The position numbers and the translations under genes are program-made. The notes beneath the pieces are model-generated. The model worked only from the letters and a program-made list of their open reading frames with translations, searched no databases and was not told where the DNA came from. Source: the human T2T-CHM13v2.0 reference genome, Homo sapiens. From it: a stretch of DNA of 64,000 nucleotides. The stretch lies in NCBI RefSeq assembly GCF_009914755.1, contig NC_060929.1; one strand, written 5' to 3'. This document shows, in pieces, positions 15,402-29,288 of this stretch; the first letter of the stretch is position 1; each line of letters starts with the position of its first letter.

Positions 15402-16675
15402 GTAACATTGTTTTTAACTTTTAAATGTATCACTTGTATTTGGAGACGACCCAAGCTTGTTTAATTTCTAACCTTTGTGGGGAAGGGGAGAGGGGAAATG
15501 AAGCATAGCTTTGATCCTTAGGTAATTTTTGTGTTACAGTTAACATTTTAGACATAATTTGAAGGAGTTAAGGAGCTATAAAGAAATTTAGCAGAATGGT
15601 GGGATTTGGATTTGAATCAAAATGATTTCCCTGTGTTAAATGAGAAACTCAGCTTATTTATATCTAAAGATGTGCTTTTTTTCCTTTCTGAAAGGAATTT
15701 CTTAGAAAAAAATTAAGAATCTTTAAAAAGAAAAATATAGTGACACTAGTCCCAAAATACCTCATTATCTTGGAGGTTTAATTATGCTCAAATGCCTTAT
15801 GTCAACTTTTTTCTTTTCTTTTTTACTAAGTAAACAATACATGTGGTTTAAAATGAGATGAGCTAAATAAATGACTAATCCTATAAATTTCAAACATTTG
15901 GGGGAAAAGCTCTAGAAATTTTAGGTAATTCTAAAGAATCATTTCGTAGAGGTACCTGAATAACTTATTCTTGGCACCTATATTTTGCCTTTTTACGAGA
16001 AAGTAAGACAGTTAAATAGCTTAGATTTAAAGGATAAGTGATTTTTTTAAGATCATTCATGAAATAACCTCCAGTTTTATAATCAGTTTGTGTCTTCACT
16101 TGACATATGCTATTATAGGATAAATTTATAAAAAATATACTGTTATTATTTGTGTTTAGTAATAGAAATTGAAGACAAGTGTGGCAAAACCTGGAATGTT
16201 TCTATTAAAGTAAGAGCACTTGAGATACATTTCTAGAAGATCCATTAACAAATTCCTCATGTAGTACCTAGAAGTAAATTGGCAGCCAGAAAAGTGATAA
16301 AACAGTGCTTGGGAGATTGTGCAGCTATTTGTAGCTCTGTGTTTTCCTTATGATTTAAAAGTTTATATTTTGCTGTCAGGTAAATATGGAAAGACTGTTA
16401 CACATATTGGCATCTCTGGTGTTTCCTGCATATATATTCTGGACGATAAGATTTTCAAACAGCAAATTTAATGACTAGTTTTTAGAAATAGATAATACCC
16501 TTAGCAAGCTGATAATTACCCAGCTAATAATAAATATATCTTTAGCATGCCTAATAATCTTAAATTTCATAAGACTACACAATGAAGTTGGAATATAACA
16601 TTAAGTGGGTTTTGATTATATCCCATTAGTTAAGGTAAATAAAAATGAGTGGTCACTTTAAAAATCTACTTGTTA

Positions 16676-16927
<252 letters not shown>

Positions 16928-17317
16928 TCAATGTCTTACAGCCAAATTTAATATTGAGTGTACATGTCTAGGTTGCCAATAGCCATGGGGCCCTGCCAAG
17001 GGAGTACAGTCTTCTGCCGACTGCTTGTTAAAGTGTGCTCTCTCCTCCTGTACTTCAGTTCACCTCACTGAAGTTTCTGGATCCCAGTGGGATACTTGAG
17101 TCGCCTTCTATTAATATTTAACTGTGTGCTTTCTCTCTGACTCAGTTGGGACTTTAAGTTGGTGGGAATTCAAGAGTATAGCTAAGTGTTTCTATTATTC
17201 AGTGAGAAAAATAAAAGCAGCAGTTTTATTGAATCTGCTGTTTCCTTGTTTCTTTGCATGATAATCAGTGGCAAGGAACATTTTCTGTTACCGTTTTTTC
17301 CCTGCTTTCTATTCCAG

Positions 17318-17491
17318 GTCAGTCTTCACTGTTTCCAATGGAAGATGGATTCTTGGATGATGGCCGTGGGGATCAGCCTCTTCATAGTGGCCTGGGTTCA
17401 CCTCACTGCTTCAGTCACCAGAATGGGGAAAGAGTGGAACGATATTCTCGAAAGGTGTTTGTAGGCGGATTGCCTCCAGACATTGATGAAG
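17318..17491 (+). CDS. CPEB4: CPEB4 exon, GQSSLFPMEDG...RYSRKVFVGGLPPDIDE (start of RRM1)
   Basis: ttccAG acceptor, AAG|GTATGT donor, 174 nt; RNP2 motif KVFVGGLP (ORF 17254..17568). Confidence 0.97.
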
Positions 17492-19899
17492 GTATGTTTA
17501 GAACTGTTTATAGCACGGTGCCCAGATGGTGGCACATAGTAGGAAACTCACAGATAGTGTTACAATAACAGTCTTATCTGGCTCCAATAGTCAGCCCTGC
17601 TTGCATTGTTCTCTTGTCCTATCCTCCTATCATGGCATATAAGATTAATTCATAGAAGGGAGGGGAGCAGAGCTGTGCAAACCAACTAAAGCAAGGCATT
17701 GGACTATATGAAAAGGAGTAAACATCACTGGGAAAGCTTCCAAGGGACTTGATTATTGTGGGCATACATGGGTACTAACTGCGTTTTTGTCTGTGTGTGC
17801 TACTTTGGACAAATTCATTGATGTATTTTCCTTTTTCCCCCCACATTTTATGAGTGCTCCACAAATGTATAGTTCATTGTTTAAAATCTTAGACTAAGCA
17901 TGAACTTTTGAAAAATATAGCCTACAGTTGTACTACAAGAAGGATAATCTTACTTAAGGTAGTAAACAAGATGGAAGGTCCCTGCTTACATAGAGTTTAC
18001 ATTTTATTGGGGGAAGGCCCATAAACAATGTATAAATATGCAAGAAAATACTGGAGAGCAAGTGTTGAAAAGCACACAGCAGGATGATGTAAAATAGTGA
18101 TGCAGGGAGTTTCTTTTTAATTAGGTGGATAAGAAAAGCCTCTTTGAGGAAGTGATATTTAAGCTGAGACCTGAATAAGGAGCCAGCCATGCAAAGACTT
18201 AGAGGGACTTGTTCAGGAATATGCTATTCATCCGTGGGTCTGAGTGACCCCAATAAAAATCAAAGTAGCAGACCTTATAGCATATTTTTGGTTGCTTTCC
18301 TAATTTCTTTTGTCTTCGTTTCCTGAGTGAAAATGGAAATACACTAAATCACATTATGGAGAATAGAATAGATTTCTTTACACATGTATAAGATCTAATA
18401 AATAATAAGGTTTAATATCTTCACATTTAGATTGGGATCAGACTTATCAAGTCACTTCATTTTCTTCAAGATGATTTATCTTTTGGAAGGTTGAGACAGA
18501 AATGGTTCTAAAAAGCCAAAGATTGAAATAAACATAGAGGTTTTTGCTTTTTCTTGTTGTCCACAATAAAATGTCTTGGTGGAAGCTATGCTGAAATTTC
18601 AGGGTTCTCTGAATCAATCTCCATCCTGCCCTCAGCATAGCTTGAAGAATATTGTGTTCTGCAGAATTGTGCACTAAAAATTACAGGGTTTATGGGGGAA
18701 AATAAGGTTAAAGACAAATCATTTAAAAGCTAATGAACTTTGTACCTGAAGCACTAACAAGAAGAGAATTAGTACCTTGGAGATAACTTGGACAATTCAG
18801 GCAAGTAGCTCAGCATGCTTGGGGCTGCTTCAGGGAATATTGAAAATGTACAAAACCAATAAAGCAGAAATGCTGGCTTGCAAGCATGGAGAAAATGCAG
18901 ATGGAAACAGACCTTTGAACACCTGAGGAAGCGCAAACTAAACTGTCAGGAGATAAGAGCCCTGCAAGGTTAGGGGCATAGCTCTCTGACAAGAGAATTC
19001 TGGTTGCTGCACTTATTTTTAATTTTCTTACAATAGAGCTGGGAGGGTTTGTACCTGTACGTCAGACAAGTGGGGGGCTTTTTCCTTTCCTGATGAAGTT
19101 TGTAATTCTTTCCTCACTATGCTAGCTTACCTTGCCTAGGAAAAATCATTTATGAACCAGTACAACTTCCATGTTATACTGACATTGTTCCCTGTTTACT
19201 AGACTCACACAAACTAAACTTACTCTGCTCACACTACGTATTCCAAACTGGAATATCACCATAATGGTGCAATACCATCCTGTCCTACCATGCGCATGTT
19301 AACCTTTTTCCCCCCCAAGATAAGGGCTCACATAGTGAGCCCTTATGATACCTATGAGAATAGGTATCGTAGAAGAGCAGACTGGACTGTTTCACAGTCT
19401 GGGGAAGATGAAAACAGCTCTGCCAGACTGGAATTTAGGCATACTCCTCATCTTTCTTTTCTGTTCCTTTACCCTGCCCTATTATCAGGTCTTATCTACA
19501 CATGCTTACCTACTCTTTCTAGAAGTCTCTTTGAAATGTATTTTTCCATAATCTCATTAGTGTCCAAATGTATAATGTAGCATAATTTGTATCATTTAAA
19601 TTGCAAAATGTGGTCAGGTCTTCCTTGTCTATCATTTTTTCCCATTCATCCCTTTTTCCTCTCCCTCTAAGGCTGAGATATTGCTGTCAAGGAAGTGGAT
19701 TGGTGACAGGGAAGAGGTCTCAAGTGGAGGGGATGTGTATGAATGTATGTAGAGGGGGCTTGCTCAGAGGCCTGAGCAGCAGTACGTATGGTATCCAAGA
19801 AATAAGGGCGAGAAGACCCAAGGCACAAAGGTAGAAGGTAGAGGAGGCTATAGGGGAAAGATTGGTTACATTGAGCAAATTAATAAATGTCTTTACAGG

Positions 19900-21800
19900 T
19901 ATTGGGAGCTAGGTTTCTCCCTGCAAAAAGAGAATATAAAAATAGAAAGGCGGAAGGCTAGAAAAACCCATGAAATGTTGGAGTCATATTGAAAATATCA
20001 ATATGAACTCATTAGTTTTTGTAAGTACATACACAGATACAGAAATAGTTATAAATTTGTGTTTGGGCGTGTATTTCTTTATTTCCTAGCTTCCTTCACT
20101 GTGAAGACTTAGAAATAATGAATACTCACTAGCAGTGAGCATATAGAGCACCTGTAACTTAGTTTCTAAATACCTTTTGCCACTAAAATGATCAGTACAT
20201 CTTGAAAAAAAATGACTGATTCTTGGGCTGGGACAGGGAAAGAATAAGACGAGCCCGGAGTATCTTCGTAGGCCAGAAAGCATGAAAGTGCTTAAGAATG
20301 GAGGCAAGAAGTGCGAAGGACATGGGAGCCTCCCACGCCTAAGGGACACGCAGGACAAAAATTGTCCCAAATCAGGGACAATTTTGGGGACAAATTGAGC
20401 ATCAAAATAAATGAGTGAATTGGATCACAACCCATTGAATAAAATAGACCCAAACTGATATCAATAAATGAATAAATCAATGGGACAGATGGAAAACTCT
20501 TCTACTGCACAATACAAACTAATATATGTAGAAGGAATGATGGAAACAGATAATCATTATTTGGCAACCATTATTGTGGTAGTTAATACATGCAGGAGTC
20601 TTCAATGGATGCCAAGGCTCATGAAGGAACAGGATATTGGTGAGCAACACAATATACTCTTGTAGAACGCTAATTGAATACAAAAGGAGAAAAGGTTTGC
20701 TTGTGGTAGAGAAACCAGGCGATCAAGATTAACATGCCCTCCAGGTGTGGTGGTATGCACCTGTAATCCCAGCTACTTGGGAAGTTGAGGCAGCAGGATC
20801 ACTTAAGTTCAAGAACAGCCTGGGCAACATAGTGAGCCCTTATCTTGGGGGAAAAAAGATTAACATGCTCATGGTAGGAAAGGATGGCATTGCACCATTA
20901 TGGTGATATTCCAGTTTGGAATACGTCACATGATTCTGCTCATAGGAGGGAGAGCACAGACCCAGGTTGAGGGTCACTATCTTAAATCTGTTCAGGTTGC
21001 TATAAAAAAATAACAGACTTGGTGGCTTATAAACAACTGAAATTTATTTCTCACCATTCTGGAGGCTGGGAATTCCAAGATCAAGGTGCCAGCAAATTCA
21101 GTGTCTGGTGAGGGCCTGCTTCCTAATAGATAATAATCTTCTTATTGTACACTCACATGGCAGAAGGAGTGAAGGGTCTCTCCAGAGCCTCTTTTATAAG
21201 GGCACTAATCCCATTGAAAGGATTCTACCCCCATGACCTAATCACCTACCAAAGGCCCCAGCTCCAAATACCCTTACATTGGGGAATAGGTTTCAACATA
21301 TGAATTTTGAGGGAACATAAACATTTGGACCATAGCAGTCATTCTATAGAATGAATATGAAAGACAAGAAAGAACATGGAGCTGTTCCAAGTTGAAAAAA
21401 GACTGATGCTCTGAGGATATGATAATTAAGTGCAACCTATGTTCTGGATAGCACTGTGGATCAGAAAGGATTTTGAAATTTAAATGAAGTCTGTGAATCG
21501 CATAGTAGTGTTATATCAAAATTGATATATAAGGGAGTGACCTTGCTTTGAGCAGATACCAATAGTTATGTTTGGGATTACAGGGCACCATTTCAGAAAA
21601 AGATGCTGGCTGGCTGGCTTGGTTGGATGGCTAGATTGATTTGTGCATATGTACAGATAGAGGGAGAAAGAGGAAGAGAGAAGAAAGAGGGTGAAGGCAG
21701 ATGTGCAAATTATTAACAGTTGGGGAATCTAGATGAAGGGGATAAAGGAGTTCTTTTTACTGTTCTTGTAAATAGTAGATTTGAAACTTAAAAGAAAAAC
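19900..21800 (+). mobile_element. Old L1M 3' region interrupted by an Alu monomer (20738-20855) and an antisense MLT1 LTR (~20978-21337)
   Basis: Monomer TSD AAGATTAACATGC at 20725-20737 and 20856-20868; MLT1 phrases TTCTGGAGGCTGGGAATTCCAAGATCAAGG. Confidence 0.65.
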
Positions 21801-21858
21801 TTTCAAAAAATGATCATAAAAATATTTAAATCTACTGTTTTCCTTTGTTGTTTATTAG

Positions 21859-21948
21859 ATGAGATCACAGCTAGTTTTCGTCGCTTTGGCCCTCTGATTG
21901 TGGATTGGCCTCATAAAGCTGAGAGCAAATCCTATTTTCCTCCTAAAG
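21859..21948 (+). CDS. CPEB4: CPEB4 exon, DEITASFRRFGPLIVDWPHKAESKSYFPPK (RRM1)
   Basis: ttattAG acceptor, AAG|GTAATT donor, 90 nt, in frame with neighbours. Confidence 0.97.
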
Positions 21949-22310
21949 GTAATTCTCAAGATTCATTATACTTATGTAATTTATTCTTACATTGTTTAAT
22001 GTGTAGCCTTTTCATAAATGTTCACCTTCACTGTAAAATGTTGCATTGTTAAACTTGCATTTTCCCAAATGCTCTTTAAAATTTCAACATAATATTCTTT
22101 TAATTCAAATTTAATTTTACTCTAAAAGATGCTTCAAGATACTACCAAAATGAACTGTATGTTGATGTCATCAGACTTTTGGTATAAATATTGTTTTAAT
22201 TTTTTTCCTATTCCTTTTTCCTTTCTTTAGTTTTGTGCATGATTCCTTTCCCCTGAAGAATTACCAAAAAATAGGAAAACATGTAAGCCTTCTTTCCCCC
22301 TTTTTTCCAG

Positions 22311-22429
22311 GCTATGCATTCCTGCTGTTTCAAGATGAAAGCTCTGTGCAGGCTCTCATTGATGCATGCATTGAAGAAGATGGAAAACTCTACCTTTGTG
22401 TATCAAGTCCCACTATCAAGGATAAGCCA
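22311..22429 (+). CDS. CPEB4: CPEB4 exon, GYAFLLFQDESSVQALIDAC...SPTIKDKP (RRM1 RNP1)
   Basis: ttttccAG acceptor, CCA|GTAAGT donor, 119 nt. Confidence 0.97.
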
Positions 22430-22672
22430 GTAAGTGTGGTTTAGCATAAAATAGCTTCTTGTTTTTGCCTCCATTCATCTGTTATATTTGAAAAACCCAT
22501 AGACAACTTGATGTGTTTGGGGTACTTAATTGACATGTTTGTAAGCAGACTAAGTAGTCTTGTTGTGAAGTTCTTAACATTGACATTCTGTGTATTTGCA
22601 CATCTCAATTTGACATCGAATTTTTGGTTAGTTGAAATATAATTGGTAAATCTTTATTTTTAAAAGATTTCA

Positions 22673-23008
<336 letters not shown>

Positions 23009-24169
23009 TTAATAAAATAGCAGAATCAACTCTGAATAACGGAACTCAAATCACAAATACTATGTGTACGTCTTTCTAGCGTTTTCCTCACTTTAATGAA
23101 GATTTTACCCAATATTATCCTTAACTTTATATATGGTACTCTCCAAAGTAGACTGAATCGTGTATATACATGTACAGGTACATTGCATACTGTTTTTTCT
23201 TTCTGGAAAAGTTTATCATAAAATTTAGTCTTTAGGAAGAGGAGCAACTGGCATGTTTTGATGACTCTGGCAAAGCAGCAGTTTATTATCACTCAGCCAG
23301 CACCCAGTGAATGATGATAGTGCAGAATGGAGTTGTCAGTGGGCCCAGCTTAAGCAAATAACATCTGTGGAGCTTCTCCTGAAGTCTTGTGGTTGTCTAG
23401 GTCAGAAACTTTCGAAGAGTTCCTGTGGTCTGGACTCTTTCTGCTTGACTTGTTTATGTTCCCTGCCAATCCCCATCCGTATTTGAATTTGGGACCTCTG
23501 ACCTAGGACTCTGTTGGTGTGCATATTTGGGAATACACTGCTGTCAACCCATAGCCTTTGGTGTGGGCATTTGTGACAGTTAGAAAATGTGAACAGTTTT
23601 AAATGAGGTACATGATTCTTGATTGACTTATCTAATGGATACACTGAAGTATTTGTCATAAAAAAAAATCTATTGCAAATATCATCAGTATTTTTACTTT
23701 GAAAACCATTTTGAAATAATGCATCAGATTTGATAGTATCAGGAGTAGTTTGCATTTCCTAGACATACACTGATTGGACACACAATTCTTGTTTACTTAG
23801 TATTGTATATTGATTGGCATTGGATACCATGCTAAAAATTTAAATTATGTAGATATTGAGGCATTGGACAGACTAAAGGCCCAAATAAGCTGAAAAACAG
23901 TGAATTAACTTACAAATAATTGTGGACATGTTAAGTAATTTGGCTTATAATAGACAATCAAATTGAACTTTCCACCTTGGTTTAGTTTACTTCTAAAAAT
24001 GAAACGATGGGTTGGGATACACTGTTTTTAAATCTTCTAGTTTCCCAGCTTTATTGACTTGTAATCATAGGATTATTGCTTTTAAAAATACTTTGTAATA
24101 ATTGTTAACTTTTTTGCCCATGAATTGTCTGTATTGAGAATGAGACATTTTGGTTTGTACATTCCCTAG

Positions 24170-24284
24170 GTCCAGATTCGGCCTTGGAATCTCAGTGACA
24201 GTGACTTTGTGATGGATGGTTCACAGCCACTTGACCCACGAAAAACTATATTTGTTGGTGGTGTTCCTCGACCATTACGAGCTG
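24170..24284 (+). CDS. CPEB4: CPEB4 exon, VQIRPWNLSDSDFVMDGSQPLDPRKTIFVGGVPRPLRA (linker and start of RRM2)
   Basis: ccctAG acceptor, CTG|GTATGA donor, 115 nt. Translated by hand; not in the ORF track. Confidence 0.96.
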
Positions 24285-24379
24285 GTATGATTAAACAAAC
24301 GACAAACTCTCTACCCTATAGCGCAAGAAATATGAAGATCTTCAGGATAAATTTTTCCTAAGAATTGGAGTTAATATCC

Positions 24380-24640
24380 AAGAGTGAGAGTTCTAGAATC
24401 AAAATATCTGGGTTTGAATTCATGTGTTCTAATAGTTAAGTGACCTTGGACAAATTCCATGACTTTTCTAATTCCCAGTTTCCCCATCTGTCAAGTAGGG
24501 ATGAAAAGCGTTTCATCCCTAGGATGAAATAACACCAGAAAAAGTATTTCCTAGTGTTATTTTGAGGGTTGAATTAGACGACCAGTGCAAAGTACTTAGT
24601 CTAGTGTTGCATAATGCTAATTATTACGCTCATCATTGTC
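24380..24640 (+). mobile_element. MIR
   Basis: GTGACCTTGGACAAATT...CAGTTTCCCCATCTGT core. Confidence 0.7.
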
Positions 24641-25436
24641 TGAAAAGAAAAAAAGTCCTTCAAGAATAGATTCTGTATTGAGATTGTCAGTATTTGTTTC
24701 CCACATCCTCATTTGCTCAACAGCGACTGACTGAGCTCTGGGATATAATAGACTTCCCAGCAATGCATCAGATTTTTAGGGTAGTACTTACAGAACAAAT
24801 TAAATTCCTAACTTCAAGTAATTTGAGGTTTAATAATATACATGAGATAAAAAGACATAACATGAACAGGAATGTAGCTGCACGATTTTAACACTTCATA
24901 AAGAAGAAAATGCAGTCATTATTTCAAGGTTTTTTTAAATGAAAAATTGGTGAACTGACTGTGGGGAAAGAGTTTTGATGGAAATAAGCCAGGAGGGCCC
25001 ACAAAGAGTCTACCAGTTAGTTTTCTAGTGTTCAAGTAATTATTACATTAATCAATACATTATTAACTGGTAAATCTATGGCAGCAACATGGCACAGAGC
25101 AGGCAAACATGGGAGTACTATCACTTAATGACCTGTGACCTTGGACAGATGGATCACCCTTTCAGCACCTCAATTTCCTCAGGAAATTACTACCTACTTC
25201 ATATAGTTGTGAGAAGAATAAAGAGAACATACTAGAAAACACCTAGCAACCCCTTGCCCACAATTAAAAGATTAAGGCTTAACACAATGGATGACTGGTT
25301 GTAGTAATGTTTCATTTTAATAATTATTATAATGATGTGAGCTCAGAGTACAGATGAATTGCTTTTGATGAAACGGTTGGTGAGCCAGATGAATTTTCCT
25401 GATTTTAAATATCCTCCTTGTTCCTTTCTTAATTAG

Positions 25437-25618
25437 TGGAGCTTGCGATGATAATGGATCGGCTATATGGAGGTGTGTGCTACGCTGGGATTGATACCGA
25501 CCCTGAGCTAAAATACCCAAAAGGAGCTGGGAGAGTTGCGTTCTCTAATCAACAGAGTTACATAGCTGCTATCAGTGCCCGCTTTGTTCAGCTGCAGCAT
25601 GGAGAGATAGATAAACGG
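25437..25618 (+). CDS. CPEB4: CPEB4 exon, ELAMIMDRLYGGVCYAGIDTDPELKYPKGAGRVAF...GEIDKR (RRM2)
   Basis: aattAG acceptor, CGG|GTAAGC donor, 182 nt (ORF 25436..25651). Confidence 0.97.
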
Positions 25619-26715
25619 GTAAGCCTTATACTACATTTTGGAAAATTCTAGAAATGGTCCTCTAAATGTGTGATTACCAATATTAGAACGGGAGCATTTT
25701 ATGACAATAAAGTGACAGCTGACAATTTTGCCTATAGAGTTAATTATGGTCTATAATACATGAAATAATGTCCTATGAATTTCTTTTATCTTTCAGTTTT
25801 TTGAGTAGCCTAATCAGAACACTACAATTTACTTGAGTTAATTTAATCTTCTCTAACTTCCATTCAATCTCAATCCATCCGTCCATTCATTCACTTAGTT
25901 TGTAAGTCATTCAATAAATATTTACTGAATCCTTTGTACTGTGTTATATCAAGTATACAAACAGGAATGCCCTTGAGGTTTCCTGCCCTTTTTTTTGTTT
26001 GTTTTTTAATCCTGGGACATAGGGAAGACCTCAGCAAGCCCTATTTCTCAATGAATTGTACTCACAGATTTCTTTTTTTTTTTTTCTTTTTCCACAGCCG
26101 CCACCTCTCACCGATTTATTCCTTAGCTTGGTGTTTCATGTATTCAACAAACGTTTTAGTGCTTAGGGCAAGAAGTTCCTGTCCTCATGAGTTTATTTCC
26201 TAGCAGATAGAACTGTATCACTTGCCAGTACTACTCAGAGTGTGGCCTGTGGACTGACCTCCAGTCTGTAAACTTAGTTTGTAGTGAGATAGGAATTTAG
26301 ACCAGAATGTGTAATCAACCACATTACTGGGCACAATGTTTGGTCCAGCTGGCGATTTTTTTTTCATAGAAAGCCTTTATTGATGAGGGAAGCAATATAT
26401 TGATTTATATTTTGGGGTCACCTTTTTATTTCATGGCACACTGGCACTTTCATGCATGCTGACTTTGATATCCATCACTCTGAGGCATTGTGCTAAAATA
26501 GATTGATTTTATCGTGTTGTTCTCAATTCAAGATGTAAAAATCATCAAGTCAGTAGCAGTTTTTGCTTTTTATGTTTCATGTCATGTACAGTCTACTTCA
26601 CTGGCAGTAAAAAAATTTAAGATAGTGGTGGTCATCCTACAAACTGTGAATCTATTAAAGAGAAAAGTATCTGTTCTATTCTAAGCATGGGGGAGGGACA
26701 AGATTAGTATGTTAA

Positions 26716-27042
<327 letters not shown>

Positions 27043-28254
27043 TAAAAAATACCTACATCTCACTGCCTTATTCCAACATAAGTTTCAGAGCTGTGGGATT
27101 GGTCATTAGAAATTCAGACTGAATTTGTGTTCCTCTGCAATGAAATCCTTTGCCCAGTGTTCATGTCACTCTGTAGACATTATGGAGCAGCCTAGAGGCC
27201 AGAAGCCCAGTGCTCTCCTTATGCCTGCTCTTCCTGGGCTTCGTGACACTCTTCTTCTCCTTTTGTACTTTTATTTTTTTAGTTAAAAAATTTTTTTTAG
27301 AGGGAGGGTCTCACTCTGTCACCCAGGCTGGAGCACAGAATCACAATCATGACTCACTGCATGTTCTTCTCCTTTTGTTCATGGCTAATCTTGGTCAGGA
27401 TTCCTTGTCAGAGCTGGGTGGCACCAGTGCTGGTGACAGCCTGCTGTAAGGGAGTTTCAGCCATGAATCTCTCCAGACTAAAAATAACCAGCTCTTTTCT
27501 AGCTGATGAATTAATAACCAGGTGACTGTTAATGCTTGAAAGGTTCACATGACAGGTTGGCCGATAGAACGCTGGAACAGGCCCAGTTTTAGAAATTCAC
27601 CTCTGACTTTTAGACTCAGGTGAACCATTCTTACTGAGAAAGAACAAAGCAGGGTTTTAGACTGTGAATCCTATGGCTGCATCTTTTTTTTTTTTTTTAA
27701 CAGAGTTCCAGGTTTGTGATTATAACCCAACATGTGTACACTATAAATAGAAACCACGAGCCAGGCTTTTTACGACAGCTCAGAATCTTGTGACGCAGTA
27801 GTCAGGCATCTTCACACCGACTTGAATATTGAAGTGCAGTTGTGTGGAACTTGGATCATCTTAGTTGATTTTGTTTAAATTATGATTCCACATATGACAA
27901 AAATCCAGATCCACTAATTAAAATGAGGGTTTATGTCTATGAATAATCTCCTGTGGGTTTAATCTCATAACATTCTAGTCTAAACAGTTGGCTTCACTTC
28001 ATGATGTCTGCTCAAATCCTTTTTCCTTTAAAGGATGTTTATTTAATAAGAAAAAAATGTAAAATGATAGATAATAAAAGCCTTACTAGGTTCTTAAAAG
28101 ATGAACTATCCATATTTCGGTAAATGAATAATTAGTCCTTCCTCTTTGGGCACCTTGGAACAGATTCATTCAGATAGTGGGTGGAAATGTACATGTATGG
28201 TAAGCATTGCTGGCCTAGTCACTGAAAAATGTAAACTCTTATTTTTGATTGCAG

Positions 28255-28482
28255 GTGGAAGTTAAGCCATATGTCTTGGATGATCAGCTGTGTGATGAAT
28301 GTCAGGGGGCCCGTTGTGGGGGGAAATTTGCTCCATTTTTCTGTGCTAATGTTACCTGTCTGCAGTATTACTGTGAATATTGCTGGGCTGCTATCCATTC
28401 TCGTGCTGGCAGGGAATTCCACAAGCCCCTGGTGAAGGAAGGCGGTGACCGCCCTCGGCATATTTCATTCCGCTGGAACTAA
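28255..28482 (+). CDS. CPEB4: CPEB4 terminal coding exon, ZZ-type zinc-binding domain to stop (VEVKPYVLDDQLCDEC...RHISFRWN*)
   Basis: ttgcAG acceptor; Cys/His pattern CDEC..C..C..CEYC..H..H; TAA at 28480-28482. Confidence 0.97.
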   Translation: MEVKPYVLDDQLCDECQGARCGGKFAPFFCANVTCLQYYCEYCWAAIHSRAGREFHKPLVKEGGDRPRHISFRWN

Positions 28483-29276
28483 AGGATAACTGCAGTGCTC
28501 ATTTTCAGGCCTCAGAATAAGTGCACTCTTCTGTTCATTCTGACCCCTTCCTCAACCTCTTCACGCTGGCATGTCCTTTTGTAGCAGTCTGTAACTTAAC
28601 TATAGTATAATGAAAAGAATGACCTATAATATAGGTGTTTTGTAGATTCTTGTGTCACTGCAAACAATATGAACTCCTTTTTCGTATTGCCATCGGGTTG
28701 CATGGAAGTTTTATTCTCTTGTTTTGCTGGAAACCAAGAGGATCCAAACTTCCTGCAACATTTTCTTAGAGGAGAGAGAGAAATATTAAAAGAGAAATGA
28801 AACAATAGAGTATTTTGGGTTTTTAATTAAATTATTGTTAATAATATAACATATAAGAATACTTTTATTAAAATAACCATGCAACAATAACACTATCGGT
28901 CTATCTGACAGTTTTTCCCCCAGGGAAGTGCTTTTGCCTTTTCCTTTCTTTTTTTTTTTTTTTTCATCTTTTTTGTCTCTCTCTTTTTTCCATCCCTTTT
29001 TAATTTTTTTAACAGCAATGGAGGAAGTTAACAATTTTTAATGGAAAGAGCATGTTAGAGCAAACAAATGCATAAGCAAGACTGAGCAGCATTATAATTA
29101 ATTTTCAGGGTTTTGAGGCTGAACATAATTTCATTATCCCTCAAAAAGTTACCACCACATCAGAAAAAATAAAAAAAAAATAGTAAAGTAGGCAGAGCTA
29201 GGTTTATTTTCTCTTAAACAATTTTTAAAATTCAGAATGTAAAAATTGGGTAAATTTACTACTGAGGGGAGTGCAC

Positions 29277-29288
29277 TTATTTATTTAA
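29277..29288 (+). promoter_or_regulatory. AU-rich element (TTATTTATTTAA) in the CPEB4 3' UTR
   Basis: Contains the TTATTTATT nonamer and overlapping ATTTA pentamers. Confidence 0.55.
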
